From Candidatus Eremiobacteria bacterium (GTDB taxonomy: Bacteria > Vulcanimicrobiota > Vulcanimicrobiia > Vulcanimicrobiales > Vulcanimicrobiaceae), in the NCBI GenBank assembly GCA_963737065.1, contig CAVTRC010000001.1, forward strand, positions 704,001 through 768,000: 64,000 bases of DNA, read 5' to 3'. A program made the translations under genes and the position numbers. Below the pieces are notes generated by a model. It was not told the DNA's origin, made no database searches, and worked only from the letters and a program-made list of their open reading frames with translations. How positions within the stretch are numbered: the first letter of the stretch is position 1; the number at the start of each line of letters is the position of its first letter. Below, one piece after another: positions 36,323 to 47,975 of the stretch.

Positions 36323-37429
36323 ATGGAAATCGATTCGAGCATCACCCGCGCCTTGAAAGTCCTTGCAATTGCGGCGCTATCGATCGGGCTGTTGATGCTT
36401 TTCGTTGAAGCGCTTCGTCTACTCGGAACGAGCGGCCTCGTCATCCTCGCCTCGATCGTGATCGCGTACTTGATAGCTCCGATCGTCGGTGTGCTGCGAC
36501 GCCGGATGCCGATGTGGGCGGCGCTGCTCGTCACGTATGTGGGGTTCGCCGCGGTCGTGCTGGTTGCGTTCTTCGCGATCGTGCCGCCGCTGTTCAACGA
36601 GGCACGTTCGCTGATCTCCGATCTGCCCGCCGCGTTTACGTACTTGCAAAACGAGATTCTCAATCCCAAAAACCCGTTCGTCGCCAAACTTCCGCCGGCC
36701 GTTATCGAACAAATCAAAACGTTGCCGTCGCAAATTAATGCGTTCGTTGCAAAGTACGGGTTCGGCGTCGCGCAGGCGACGATCGGCGGTTTGTTCTCCG
36801 TCGTAACGCTGTTCTTGTCGCTGATCATCGTTCCGGTATTGTCCGCGTACTTCTTTTTCGACACGGCGGAGATAAAACGTGGATTCTTGGGCATCGTTCC
36901 GCGTGCCGCGCGGCCGCGGACGGCCGCAATCCTTGCGGATCTGAACACTACGCTGGGCGCGTTCGTGCGTGGCCAAGCACTCGATGGGTTGATCCTCGGC
37001 GCATTGATCGCAATCATGCTAGCAATCATGCACGTTCGCTACGCGCTCCTCATCGGTGTAGCGTGCGGAATTTTGAACCTCATTCCGTATGTCGGCGCGC
37101 TGATCGGCTTCGTTCCCGCAGTTGTGCTTGCACTCGTCTTCAACGGCTGGCAAAATGCGGTCATCGTCGCGATTCTCTTCTGCGTCATTCAGCAACTCGA
37201 CGGAAATGTGATCTTGCCGCGCGTGATGAAAGGCAGCGTGCAACTCTCGCCGCTCGTCATCATCATCGCGATCTTGATCGGTTCGGCATATTTCGGCGTC
37301 ATCGGGACGTTTCTCGCCGTTCCTGTCGCGGCGATACTGCGCGTGCTAAAGCTTCACTTCGCGCCCGCGCCGACGCCCGCACAACTAGCCACCGACGAAA
37401 AGCGCGTCACGGCGCTCGAACTGCTCTAG
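36323..37429 (+). CDS. AI-2E family transporter
   Basis: LIPYVG, QQLDGNVILP and FGVIGTFLAVP motifs, multi-TM. Confidence 0.9.
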   Translation: MEIDSSITRALKVLAIAALSIGLLMLFVEALRLLGTSGLVILASIVIAYLIAPIVGVLRRRMPMWAALLVTYVGFAAVVLVAFFAIVPPLFNEARSLISDLPAAFTYLQNEILNPKNPFVAKLPPAVIEQIKTLPSQINAFVAKYGFGVAQATIGGLFSVVTLFLSLIIVPVLSAYFFFDTAEIKRGFLGIVPRAARPRTAAILADLNTTLGAFVRGQALDGLILGALIAIMLAIMHVRYALLIGVACGILNLIPYVGALIGFVPAVVLALVFNGWQNAVIVAILFCVIQQLDGNVILPRVMKGSVQLSPLVIIIAILIGSAYFGVIGTFLAVPVAAILRVLKLHFAPAPTPAQLATDEKRVTALELL

Positions 37430-40400
37430 GTTGTGGCTACCGGGCAGAATAATGCCCGCCAGATTGAGCGGATCGTACGCCGTCACGGCTGATAGTTCGC
37501 TCTCATCGTGATTACGTCGCGATGCGCGCAATGCATCGACCGCCTCGGGAAGCGCAAACTGTTCGCCGACATACCCGCTGACAAACCGTCCGCCGCGCAC
37601 TTCGCCGCGCGCTTCCATGCGGCGCAGCGCAAGCAGCAACTCGCGCCACCGGGGTGCGAGCGTTTCGCGCGCCACGACGTCGCGGAATACGATACCCCAT
37701 CGCTTGAGCAAACGGCGAGCGAACGTGTCGGCGTCGATTTTTTCCGTCGCGGAATCGATGCACGCCCACCGGCCCCCCGAGGATCGTGGCCGCGCGCGCA
37801 AGCCTTTTTCGCCAAGACGGCGCTTAGCGTCGATGAGCGAGCGCAGCGCATCGAAGCCATCGGCGGTCACGAGCCCGGCCGCGACCAACTGCCACAGCGC
37901 TTCTTCGACTTCCGCCGGAAGCCGTTTGGTCCCGCGAACGATATCGGCGAAGAACGGTGCACCCTTACGCGCAATTTCTTCGAACACGTCTTGCGCTGCG
38001 GGCGAAAGACCGCTCGTTTTGAACTCGTTGCGAACGATCAGTTCGTGCGCATGTTCACGCGTGAAGAGCGAAATCGGCGCCAGCTTCGTTGGACGCACGC
38101 GACGTTGCGCTTCGTTTGCCGGATCGAGCGCCGGGTGCGGCGAGAGCCGTCCCCACATCACTTCGCCCGAATAGCACAAATGATCGAGGAACTCGCGCCG
38201 GTAGTTCGCGACGCGGGACGGAAGAATCTGCGCTTCCCATGCCGCGGCTGGAATCTCGTAACCTTCCAACTGGCGAATCACCTGCAACGTGCCGTCGACA
38301 CCGTGCAATCGAGCAAGAGGCGCGACGTGTTGCCAGGAGTGCAAAAAGCGAACGAACTGCGCCGACGTGACCGGTTCGATTTCCCGCCGCAGTTGTCCAA
38401 TCGTACGTCGATGAATGCGCGCGATTACCCGCCGGTTACACCACTCTTCTTCCGGGCCGAGAAAACGCCCGCGCAACACCTGGCCTTGCGTTTCGAGGCG
38501 AAGCAACGCCGCTTCGACGTCTGCCGGTTCGATCGCGAGACGCTCCGCGATCGAAAGCGACGTCGCAGGACCGGTCGATTCCATCCACCCGCGCAGGATT
38601 TCAGCGACCGCTTCCTCTTGCGACTGCGCCGCACGTTCGCTCGTCACGGCAGCGATCTGCGGATCGAACGTCGCATCGGGATACGCCAAGCGCGCGATAT
38701 CGAGCCGCTCGGCGCTCGTCCAGAACGGCGCGCCGCGTGTCGCGAGCGTCGTGGCACGATGCTGCGCCACGAGCTCGTCGTAGAACGGCCGCCAGTCGCT
38801 GCACGGCGGCGCGACGACGAGCGTTGCAAGCGCATCGTGCAGTTCGTCCGCGTCTCGCACGATCGGCCACGACTCTTCCGCGACCTCCGCGATGATCGCT
38901 CCGTCCAGAATTCCCGCGCCGTCGACGTCGTCGCGAATCGTGCGGCGTAATTGAACGGCGCGCGCGCGCCGTTCCTCGAGCGGCGCATCATCGAGGTACG
39001 CATATGGATTCGCATTGAGAATCTCGTGACAGAACGGCGAGGGTTCCGGCGTATCAACCCCTACGGTTCGTATTACGCCGCTCTCTATCCGGCGCAGGAT
39101 GTCGAGCAAGCCGTCGAGATCCATCGCCTCGTGCAGACAATTACCGATCGTTTCCCGCACGAGCACGTGGTTGGGGATCCGAATCGGCCCGCTCAAGTTT
39201 TCAGCGCACGCCGCTTGATCGGGAAACACGGCCGCGACGAGGTCGTCGGCGCGCATCCGTTGCAGTTGCGGCGGCACTTTGCGTCCGCCGCGCATGCGCG
39301 TGATCGCGAGCGCGCGCGTCGCGTTCCACCGCCAGCGCGCACCGAACATCGGCGCGGCGAGCAAGGCCTGCGTCAACGCGTACTCGACGCTCGTGGACTT
39401 GACGTATTCGAAGACCACGTCCAGCGGAAACGCGTGCTGCTCCGTGAGCGATAAGACGATGCCGTTGTCCGTTGCGGCCGCTTGCAGCTCGACGTTGAAC
39501 GAACGGCAAAACCGCTTGCGCAGCGCGAGACCCCACGCGCGATTGACCCGCGCACCGAATGGCGTGTGCAGAATCAGCTGCATGCCGCCGCCTTCATCGA
39601 AAAATCGTTCGGCAACCAACGTCTCATCGGTCGGCACGACGCCGAGAATCTTTTTGCCCGCGCGCACATACGCGATGAGCTGGTCGGCACCCCCATCCTC
39701 GAGCGCGCATTCCGTGATGAGAAACTCGCGTGCATCGGCGTCGCCTCGTTCGTCGATCGCCCGGCGCACGCAGCTCACTTCGTGCGAAAGCTCGAGCGTG
39801 CGTCCGGGACCTTCACCGTTCCAGAACGGCACCGTCGGCGGCGCGCCGTGCGCGTCTTCAACGCGGACCACGCCGGGTTCGACGCGGCGAATTCGCCACG
39901 AGTTCGTTCCAAGCATGAAGATATCGCCCGCTAGGCTTTCCACGGCGAAATCTTCATCGAGCGTTCCGACGATGTGCCCGTCCGGCTCCGCGACGACGTT
40001 GTAATTCGCAGTTTCGGGGATTGCTCCGCCGGAGGTGATCGCGGCCATTCGCGCACCGCGCCGTCCGCGCAACCGCCCGTTGACCCGGTCGTAATGCAGA
40101 TACGCGCCGCTTCGGCCACGCGAGGTCGCAACGCCGTCGGCGAGCATGTCGATGACATCGTCGAAGTCTTTCCGCTCTAAATCGCGATACGGATATGCAC
40201 TTCGAACAAGACCGTACAAATCGTCTGCAATCCATTCGCCGGCACCGCACGCGGCGACGATGTGCTGCGCCAAAATGTCGAGCGGCGACGATGGAATCTT
40301 CAGTGTGTCCATCGCGCCGTTGCGAATCGCGCGCACGAGCGCCGCGCATTCCAGCAAGTCGTCACGCGTTGTGGGAAAGAAACGGCCCTCCGGTTTTGCG

Positions 40401-41494
40401 CCGACCCAGTGCCCCGAACGCCCAATGCGTTGCAATGCAACCGCAATCGAACGCGTGCTTCCGAGTTGGACGACGAGATCGACCGACCCGATATCGATCC
40501 CGAGTTCCAACGAGGCAGTCGCGACGACCGCCTTCAACTCGCCGTTCTTCAGCCGGTTTTCGGCCTCGAATCGCTTCTCTTTCGCTAAGCTCCCATGATG
40601 CGGGAGAACGGCATTCACGCCCAAACGCTCCGAAAGCGCGAAGGCAACGCGTTCGCTCATCCGCCGCGTGCCGACGAACACGAGCGTCGTGCGATTGGCG
40701 AGGATCAATTCCGCGACGCGATCGTACGTCTCGCCCCACAGTTCATTGCTCGCCACCGGGCCCAGCTCGTCTTTCGGCACTTCGATCGCAAGTGTCATCG
40801 GCCGCCGGCTACCAATGTCGAGGACGCGGGCGTCCCGGCTCAAGAATTCTGCGACGTCTTCCAACGGACGTACCGTCGCCGACAGCCCGATCCGTTGCGG
40901 CTTCCGTCCGGATCTCTCTTGAACGAGCGCATCCAGCCGCGCGAGCGTGAGCGCGAGATGCGATCCGCGCTTGTCGGCGACCATCGCGTGAATCTCGTCG
41001 ACGATGACGGTCGACACGTTGGTAAACAATGCGCGCGACTTCTCTGCCGTCAACAGAATGAAGAGTGATTCGGGCGTCGTCACGAGCACGTGGGGCGGTT
41101 TGCGCAGCATGCGTTGACGCTCCACCGTCGTCGTATCGCCCGTCCGGACGGCGGTACGAATCGGCGGAAGTTCGAGGCCTTGCTGACCGGCGAGCGCGTA
41201 AATTTCACCGAGCGGCGTCTCGAGATTCTTGTGAATGTCGTTCGTCAGCGCTTTGAGCGGCGATACGTACACGACGCGCGTTTCATCGAGGAGCGTTCCC
41301 TCCGCCGCACGAGCGACCAGCTCGTCGAGGCAAATCGAAAACGCAGCAAGCGTTTTCCCCGAGCCGGTCGGCGCGGAAATCAAGACGTCTTGGCCACCGC
41401 GAATAACCGGCCAGCCTTGAAGTTGCGGCTCCGTCGGTCTGCCGTACCGCGTGCCGAACCACTCGCGTATGAGCGGGTGGAATGCGTCGATCAT
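37385..41494 (-). CDS. lhr: Lhr family ATP-dependent DEAD/H helicase, long form with C-terminal winged-helix/glycosylase-like region
   Basis: APTGSGKT, SPLKAL, DEIH, LSAT, HHGS, SLELGID and QRIGRSGH motifs. C-terminal RGGRFVSGYVGEQFA. Confidence 0.9.
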   Translation of the reverse strand: MIDAFHPLIREWFGTRYGRPTEPQLQGWPVIRGGQDVLISAPTGSGKTLAAFSICLDELVARAAEGTLLDETRVVYVSPLKALTNDIHKNLETPLGEIYALAGQQGLELPPIRTAVRTGDTTTVERQRMLRKPPHVLVTTPESLFILLTAEKSRALFTNVSTVIVDEIHAMVADKRGSHLALTLARLDALVQERSGRKPQRIGLSATVRPLEDVAEFLSRDARVLDIGSRRPMTLAIEVPKDELGPVASNELWGETYDRVAELILANRTTLVFVGTRRMSERVAFALSERLGVNAVLPHHGSLAKEKRFEAENRLKNGELKAVVATASLELGIDIGSVDLVVQLGSTRSIAVALQRIGRSGHWVGAKPEGRFFPTTRDDLLECAALVRAIRNGAMDTLKIPSSPLDILAQHIVAACGAGEWIADDLYGLVRSAYPYRDLERKDFDDVIDMLADGVATSRGRSGAYLHYDRVNGRLRGRRGARMAAITSGGAIPETANYNVVAEPDGHIVGTLDEDFAVESLAGDIFMLGTNSWRIRRVEPGVVRVEDAHGAPPTVPFWNGEGPGRTLELSHEVSCVRRAIDERGDADAREFLITECALEDGGADQLIAYVRAGKKILGVVPTDETLVAERFFDEGGGMQLILHTPFGARVNRAWGLALRKRFCRSFNVELQAAATDNGIVLSLTEQHAFPLDVVFEYVKSTSVEYALTQALLAAPMFGARWRWNATRALAITRMRGGRKVPPQLQRMRADDLVAAVFPDQAACAENLSGPIRIPNHVLVRETIGNCLHEAMDLDGLLDILRRIESGVIRTVGVDTPEPSPFCHEILNANPYAYLDDAPLEERRARAVQLRRTIRDDVDGAGILDGAIIAEVAEESWPIVRDADELHDALATLVVAPPCSDWRPFYDELVAQHRATTLATRGAPFWTSAERLDIARLAYPDATFDPQIAAVTSERAAQSQEEAVAEILRGWMESTGPATSLSIAERLAIEPADVEAALLRLETQGQVLRGRFLGPEEEWCNRRVIARIHRRTIGQLRREIEPVTSAQFVRFLHSWQHVAPLARLHGVDGTLQVIRQLEGYEIPAAAWEAQILPSRVANYRREFLDHLCYSGEVMWGRLSPHPALDPANEAQRRVRPTKLAPISLFTREHAHELIVRNEFKTSGLSPAAQDVFEEIARKGAPFFADIVRGTKRLPAEVEEALWQLVAAGLVTADGFDALRSLIDAKRRLGEKGLRARPRSSGGRWACIDSATEKIDADTFARRLLKRWGIVFRDVVARETLAPRWRELLLALRRMEARGEVRGGRFVSGYVGEQFALPEAVDALRASRRNHDESELSAVTAYDPLNLAGIILPGSHNLEQFERRDALFVGG

Positions 41495-41575
41495 CGTCTT
41501 CCCTTCGACACCGCGGGGCGTTCGACGGTTGCCGAATGTCGCTTGCTATGAGCGGCCACCCGGCGACGCGCGCAC

Positions 41576-42010
41576 TTACTTCAGCGGCGTCATCGTTTCG
41601 GGTCCCATGCCGTCAATTTGGATGACGGTCTCTTCCTTGACCATCGCGTAGTGCGGAAGATTCGCCGGAACGCTTACGAAGGTGCCGGCGGGCAACGCCT
41701 TCATTTGGTTTTGATCCTCCGTCTTTCCCAAGCCGACCCACAACGTTCCGGAGATGACCGTGACGTTTTCCGTATCACCGTGAACGTGGGGCGGTAACTT
41801 GGCGCCGGCGGGCAGCTTTAGACGCATGATGTAGATGCCGCTCTTCGTCGGGTCACCGAGGAGCACGGCCATCTGCGCTCCCTGGTATCCGCCGGTGCCG
41901 GCGACCCAATTCGTGGCGTCCGGTGTCGTGATTGCGGGCCCCGTTGCGGCGAGCGACGTGCCGGCAAATACGGCGACCAGCGAGGCGAGAAAAATCACAA
42001 AAACGCGCAT
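41576..42010 (-). CDS. Secreted cupin-domain protein
   Basis: Signal peptide, PPHVH...ENVTVISG and PH cupin motifs. Confidence 0.8.
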   Translation of the reverse strand: MRVFVIFLASLVAVFAGTSLAATGPAITTPDATNWVAGTGGYQGAQMAVLLGDPTKSGIYIMRLKLPAGAKLPPHVHGDTENVTVISGTLWVGLGKTEDQNQMKALPAGTFVSVPANLPHYAMVKEETVIQIDGMGPETMTPLK

Positions 42011-42093
42011 GCGTTACACCTCCGAAGGGATGACCCATCGTATGACAACGCGGAGAGTCCCTGAAGAAGGAAACGAAATTCGAGCGCGATTGG

Positions 42094-42978
42094 CTAATTC
42101 GACGAGCCCGCGAACACGCGGCTTTTCAGAAGGTCGTCGGGCGCTAGCGTCATCAAGTCGGTGCGCGTAATTTCGCCTTCGCGATCGAACAGCCGATTCG
42201 CTGCGCGCAAACGGGCGCGGTCGATCGCGTTGCGCACGCTGCGCGCGTTGGCGAAGTTCGGCTGGCGCACCCGGCGCTCGAGGTAGTCGCGAAAAATTCG
42301 TTCCGTTTCCGGTGCGAATTCGTAATTCAGTTGGCGCAGCATCACATGCGCGATGGCGACGAGTTCCTCGATCGTGTAATCCGGGAAATCGATGTGATGA
42401 GCAACTCGCGATCGTAGCCCTGGATTTGCCGTGAAGAATTGCTCCATGCCGCGTTTGTATCCGGCAAAGACGACTACCAGATCGTCGCGTTGCTCCTCCA
42501 TCACTTGGAGTAAGATTTCAATCGCCTCGATGCCGTAGTCGCGCTCGTTTTCCGGCCGGTACAAATAGTACGCTTCGTCGATGAACAGCACGCCGCCCAT
42601 CGCGCGCTTCAAGACTTCCTTCGTCTTCGGCGCCGTATGTCCGACGTATTGTCCGACTAAGTCGTCGCGCGTCGCGACGACGACGTGTCCTTTTCGAACG
42701 TAACCCAGCGCGGCGAGGACCTGCGCCACGCGTAGCGCAACGGTCGTTTTTCCGGTTCCGGGCGGCCCCGTGAACGACATGTGGAGCGGAACCTTCTGCG
42801 TGGCGAGCCCGGCGTCACGGCGCATTCGCTCGACGAGCAAGAGATGAGCGATCTCGCGTATTCGCGTCTTCACCGGCACAAGGCCGACTAACTCGTCGTC
42901 GAGTTGTGCCAGCACATTGCCGACGCCCGACTCGGCAAACACGGCCTTTAGGTCGAAGCGGCGTTCATTCTGAATCAT
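42094..42978 (-). CDS. cbbX: Red-type RuBisCO activase CbbX (AAA+)
   Basis: [44 protein letters not shown] and NARSVRN motifs. Confidence 0.95.
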   Translation of the reverse strand: MIQNERRFDLKAVFAESGVGNVLAQLDDELVGLVPVKTRIREIAHLLLVERMRRDAGLATQKVPLHMSFTGPPGTGKTTVALRVAQVLAALGYVRKGHVVVATRDDLVGQYVGHTAPKTKEVLKRAMGGVLFIDEAYYLYRPENERDYGIEAIEILLQVMEEQRDDLVVVFAGYKRGMEQFFTANPGLRSRVAHHIDFPDYTIEELVAIAHVMLRQLNYEFAPETERIFRDYLERRVRQPNFANARSVRNAIDRARLRAANRLFDREGEITRTDLMTLAPDDLLKSRVFAGSSN

Positions 42979-43294
42979 GAAGAGCCGGTCGATGGACGAT
43001 GAAGCTGAGCGCGGTCGTCTGACGTCCGAGGCTTGCATCGTAAGCGTTCACTTTTACGTAGCAGCCCGAATGCAGCGCTCGCGCGCGGCGAACCTCGCCT
43101 AAGACGGCCGCGGGATCGCGCAGATCGAACATCGGCAAACCGAACATCTCCCAGTAATTGTTGCGCGGGTCCGGGTCATCCGTAAACTCGATCGAGACCG
43201 CCCACCCGTTATCCAACGAATACTCGATCTGCTTGCCGATTTGTTCGTCGGTCAGCGGTGGTAGAAATGAAAACGTTCCTTGAGTGATGTGCAT
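42965..43294 (-). CDS. cbbS: RuBisCO small subunit (109 aa, no C-terminal extension)
   Basis: [30 protein letters not shown] and LSFIVHRP motifs. Confidence 0.95.
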   Translation of the reverse strand: MHITQGTFSFLPPLTDEQIGKQIEYSLDNGWAVSIEFTDDPDPRNNYWEMFGLPMFDLRDPAAVLGEVRRARALHSGCYVKVNAYDASLGRQTTALSFIVHRPALHDSE

Positions 43295-43305
43295 CGTTCG
43301 GCCTT

Positions 43306-44799
<1,494 letters not shown>

Positions 44800-44858
44800 T
44801 CACGCTCGATTCTTGCACCGCGACTCATAGGCGTCAAATACATTGTTTTCGCGAACGT

Positions 44859-44875
44859 ATAAATGCAAACTTATG
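44859..44875. promoter_or_regulatory. Candidate CbbR box upstream of cbbL
   Basis: ATAA-ATGCAAAC-TTATG in an AT-rich patch, overlapping the cbbR stop codon. Same geometry as 45748-45764. Confidence 0.55.
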
Positions 44876-45749
44876 CGTGCTTGAAGCCGCCGCGTTCGCA
44901 GAGGTACGAGACGAACGTGAGCGCCGCGGGCGAAAGCTCCCGCTCGGCGCTCGCGACGGCATGCCACGGGCGCATCAACGGGGTAAGCGGCGTTGCGACT
45001 TCTTCGATGAGCCCGTATTCCAATTCCCGAGTAACGGCATCGCGCGCGAGCAAGGACATCCCGAGTCCGCAGCGGACGCCTTCGCGGATGGCCGTGTTCG
45101 ATCCGACGGTCAAGCACGCGGGCGTGATTCCGGCCATTGAAAAAAAGTCTTCAGTGGTGGAACGCGTCCCAGACCCCGGCTCGCGCAGCAGCCAGGTTGC
45201 ATGAGCGAGATCGGCCAACGTTCGCGCGCCGCTTCCCGGCCGCGCGACGATGACGAGTTCGTTCGGCCGCGTCGCCAGCGTGCGCAGTAGGTGTCCTTCC
45301 GGAGGATGGCCCGCAAGAGCGAGCTCCACTTCCCAGGCATTCAGTAATTCCCAAACGCTGCCGCGATTGCCGATCTCCAGGCCGATTTCGACCGAGCCGC
45401 GCTCGTCGCGGAAACCGCGAAGCAATTCCGGGAGCAGTTGTTCCGCAAGCGTCGTCACCGCAGCGAGGCTCAGGAAAGCATTTCCCTCACCGGACCTGCG
45501 CGCTCGCGAGCATCCTTCTTCGATGAGCGCGAGCGCACGACGCGCCGACTCGACCATGACGCGACCGGCGTCCGTGAGACGCGTACCGCGCCCGTCCCGC
45601 TCGAACAACGCGACGCCCACTTCGCGAGCGAGCGCGGTGAGCGCCGCCGATACTGCCGGCTGCGACACGACCATGCGATCGGCGGCCGCGCGAACCGAGC
45701 CGCTTTTCGCAACTTCGACGAGCGTTCGCAACTGATGCAGCGATGGCAT
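44871..45749 (-). CDS. cbbR: LysR-type regulator CbbR
   Basis: HTH SQPAVS...LFERDGRG and LREPGSGTR motifs; sits within the cbb cluster. Confidence 0.9.
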   Translation of the reverse strand: MPSLHQLRTLVEVAKSGSVRAAADRMVVSQPAVSAALTALAREVGVALFERDGRGTRLTDAGRVMVESARRALALIEEGCSRARRSGEGNAFLSLAAVTTLAEQLLPELLRGFRDERGSVEIGLEIGNRGSVWELLNAWEVELALAGHPPEGHLLRTLATRPNELVIVARPGSGARTLADLAHATWLLREPGSGTRSTTEDFFSMAGITPACLTVGSNTAIREGVRCGLGMSLLARDAVTRELEYGLIEEVATPLTPLMRPWHAVASAERELSPAALTFVSYLCERGGFKHA

Positions 45750-45785
45750 AAAACGGGCCTTATGAATAAGCGAAAATATTTTATT
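45747..45785. promoter_or_regulatory. Candidate CbbR boxes in the cbbR/fba divergent region
   Basis: CATAA-AACGGGCC-TTATG overlapping the cbbR start, followed by AT-rich AATAAGCGAAAATATTTTATT. Confidence 0.55.
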
Positions 45786-45850
45786 TGACGCCTATGTGTC
45801 GCGGTGCCATGATACCACAAAAGTCGCACTTCACCTCGGGAGATGTACAC

Positions 45851-46897
45851 GTGGGCACACATGGCGTTTGCTTGGCGCAAGTCGCCGATTCGCTGGTCGC
45901 TTCCGGTAAAGGCATCCTCGCCGCGGATGAGAGCATCCAAACGTGCAACAAGCGATTCCAAGCCCTCGGGATACCGGCCACGGAAGAAACGCGTCGTGCG
46001 TACCGCGAGCTTCTGTTCACTGCGCCGGGTCTTCGCAGCTACATCAGCGGCGCAATAGTATGCGACGAAACGATGCGGCAAACGACCTCGCGCAACGTGC
46101 GTTTCGTCGATGCATTACAGCGCGAACGCATACTCGTCGGAATCAAGGTAGATACCGGAACCGAATCGTTTCCCGGCTCGCCCGATGAAAAGATCACCAC
46201 GGGACTTGACGGGCTCGCGGAACGGATCGCGGAGTACCGCGCACTCGGAGCGCGTTTTGCCAAATGGCGCGCGGTGATTGCGATCGGCGAGAACCGGCCG
46301 TCGCAACACTGCATCGAGGCTAACGCGTACATGCTCGCGCGCTATGCGCGTATCTGCCAAGAAGGCGGCCTCGTCCCGATCGTCGAGCCCGAAGTGCTCA
46401 TGGACGGTTCGCACGACCTTGCCCGGTGCGCCGAAGTCACCGTGATCACGCTCGCGATCGTGTTCGAACAACTGGATCAGGAACGCGTTTGGCCCGATGA
46501 AATGATTTTGAAGCCGTCGATGGTGATCGAAGGCAGCGCCGCGCCGCTGCAGTCGGACCCCCGCGTGGTTGCGGCCGCGACGGTAACCGCATTGAAGAGA
46601 ACCGTTCCCTCACACCTCGCCGGCATCGCGTTTTTGTCGGGAGGGCAGAGCGCGCTGCGTGCCACGGAAAATCTGCATGCGATCACGCGCCTCGCGGGCG
46701 AGTCGTTGTGGCCGCTTACGTTCTCTTTCGGCCGCGCGCTGCAATCGACGGCGCTCGAATATTGGCGGGGAGCAGATGACCGGGTCGTGGAGGCGCAACG
46801 CAAGCTCGTACGTCGCGCTCGGTGCAACGCTGCCGCAGCGCTCGGAATGTACGAACAATCCATGGAAGAGGGTGCCCGCCAAGCGGTGCCGGCATAG
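45851..46897 (+). CDS. Class I fructose-bisphosphate aldolase
   Basis: GKGILAADES, GIKVDTG, FAKWRAV, VPIVEPEV, LKPSMV, FLSGGQS and TFSFGRALQ motifs. GTG start after GGGAG. Confidence 0.93.
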   Translation: MGTHGVCLAQVADSLVASGKGILAADESIQTCNKRFQALGIPATEETRRAYRELLFTAPGLRSYISGAIVCDETMRQTTSRNVRFVDALQRERILVGIKVDTGTESFPGSPDEKITTGLDGLAERIAEYRALGARFAKWRAVIAIGENRPSQHCIEANAYMLARYARICQEGGLVPIVEPEVLMDGSHDLARCAEVTVITLAIVFEQLDQERVWPDEMILKPSMVIEGSAAPLQSDPRVVAAATVTALKRTVPSHLAGIAFLSGGQSALRATENLHAITRLAGESLWPLTFSFGRALQSTALEYWRGADDRVVEAQRKLVRRARCNAAAALGMYEQSMEEGARQAVPA

Positions 46898-47965
46898 ATG
46901 CAACCGCGCACGACGTTCAGCCGCTTCATCACCGAAGATCAGCGACGTAAATACGGCGATCCAAACCTCGTCGCTCTTTTGAACGACGTTCAAAGTGCAT
47001 GCAAGCTGATTGCCTCGTACGTTGCGCGCGCATCGCTCGATCACGGCACGAAGCGTGAAAAAACGTTGAACGTTCACGGCGAACATCAAAAGCCGCTGGA
47101 CGTCATCGCGAACGAGATATTTCTGCGCGAATGCGAGTGGGGCGGACACCTGGCCGGAGTCATATCGGAAGAGATGGCTGAGCCGTACGTCATTCCGCCC
47201 ACGTTTTCCAAAGGCGACTATTTGCTCGTATTCGATCCAGTTGACGGGTCGTCCAACTTCGATGTGAATGTGACCGTCGGGTCGATCTTTTCAATTCTTC
47301 GGTCAACGTCGACCGAGGTCGATGCCGATACGTTTTTGCAGGCCGGGAAGGAACAAGTAGCGGCCGGCTTTGCTCTTTATGGGCCGGCCTCGATGATCGT
47401 GCTCACGCTCGGCGAGGGTGTCTTCGGGTTCACGCTCGACCCGCAAATGGGCGTCTATACGCTCACTCATCCCTTTATGACCATTCCGAATAACGCGCAC
47501 GAATTCGCAATCAACGCGTCAAACGAACGTTTTTGGGAGCCGCCTGTTCGCTGCTACGTCGCTGAGTGCGTACAAGGAAAGTCCGGTCCGCGCGGGGCCG
47601 ACTTCAATATGCGGTGGATTGCATCGCTCGTGGCCGAGGTGTATCGCATTCTCATTCGCGGCGGCGTCTTCATGTATCCGCGCGACAAGCGCGAGCCGCT
47701 CAATCCCGGCCGGTTGCGCCTGCTCTACGAAGCAAATCCAATGGCGATGATCATCGAACAAGCCGGCGGTTTGGCGTCGACCGGGCGCGAGCGAATTCTC
47801 GATATCGTTCCCTCCGCGATCCATCAAAAAGTGCCGCTGATCCTCGGTTCTGCATGCGAGGTCGAACGCGTCTGCAGCTATCATGCGACGTACGATCGCG
47901 GCGAAGCTTTGACGTTCGCTACGCCGCTCTTCAATCAACGCTCGCTTCTGCGCGCTACCCCGTAG
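46898..47965 (+). CDS. fbp: Class 1 fructose-1,6-/sedoheptulose-1,7-bisphosphatase (CbbF)
   Basis: SEE, FDPVDGSSN, MRWIASLVAEV and GRLRLLYEANP motifs. Confidence 0.93.
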   Translation: MQPRTTFSRFITEDQRRKYGDPNLVALLNDVQSACKLIASYVARASLDHGTKREKTLNVHGEHQKPLDVIANEIFLRECEWGGHLAGVISEEMAEPYVIPPTFSKGDYLLVFDPVDGSSNFDVNVTVGSIFSILRSTSTEVDADTFLQAGKEQVAAGFALYGPASMIVLTLGEGVFGFTLDPQMGVYTLTHPFMTIPNNAHEFAINASNERFWEPPVRCYVAECVQGKSGPRGADFNMRWIASLVAEVYRILIRGGVFMYPRDKREPLNPGRLRLLYEANPMAMIIEQAGGLASTGRERILDIVPSAIHQKVPLILGSACEVERVCSYHATYDRGEALTFATPLFNQRSLLRATP

Positions 47966-47975
47966 CGGAGACACC

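Noticed and set aside
37508..38950. 480-aa plus-strand ORF inside lhr, and similar long antisense ORFs in sufS, ETF-QO and E1-beta
   Set aside because: Typical high-GC antisense open frames with no recognisable motifs.
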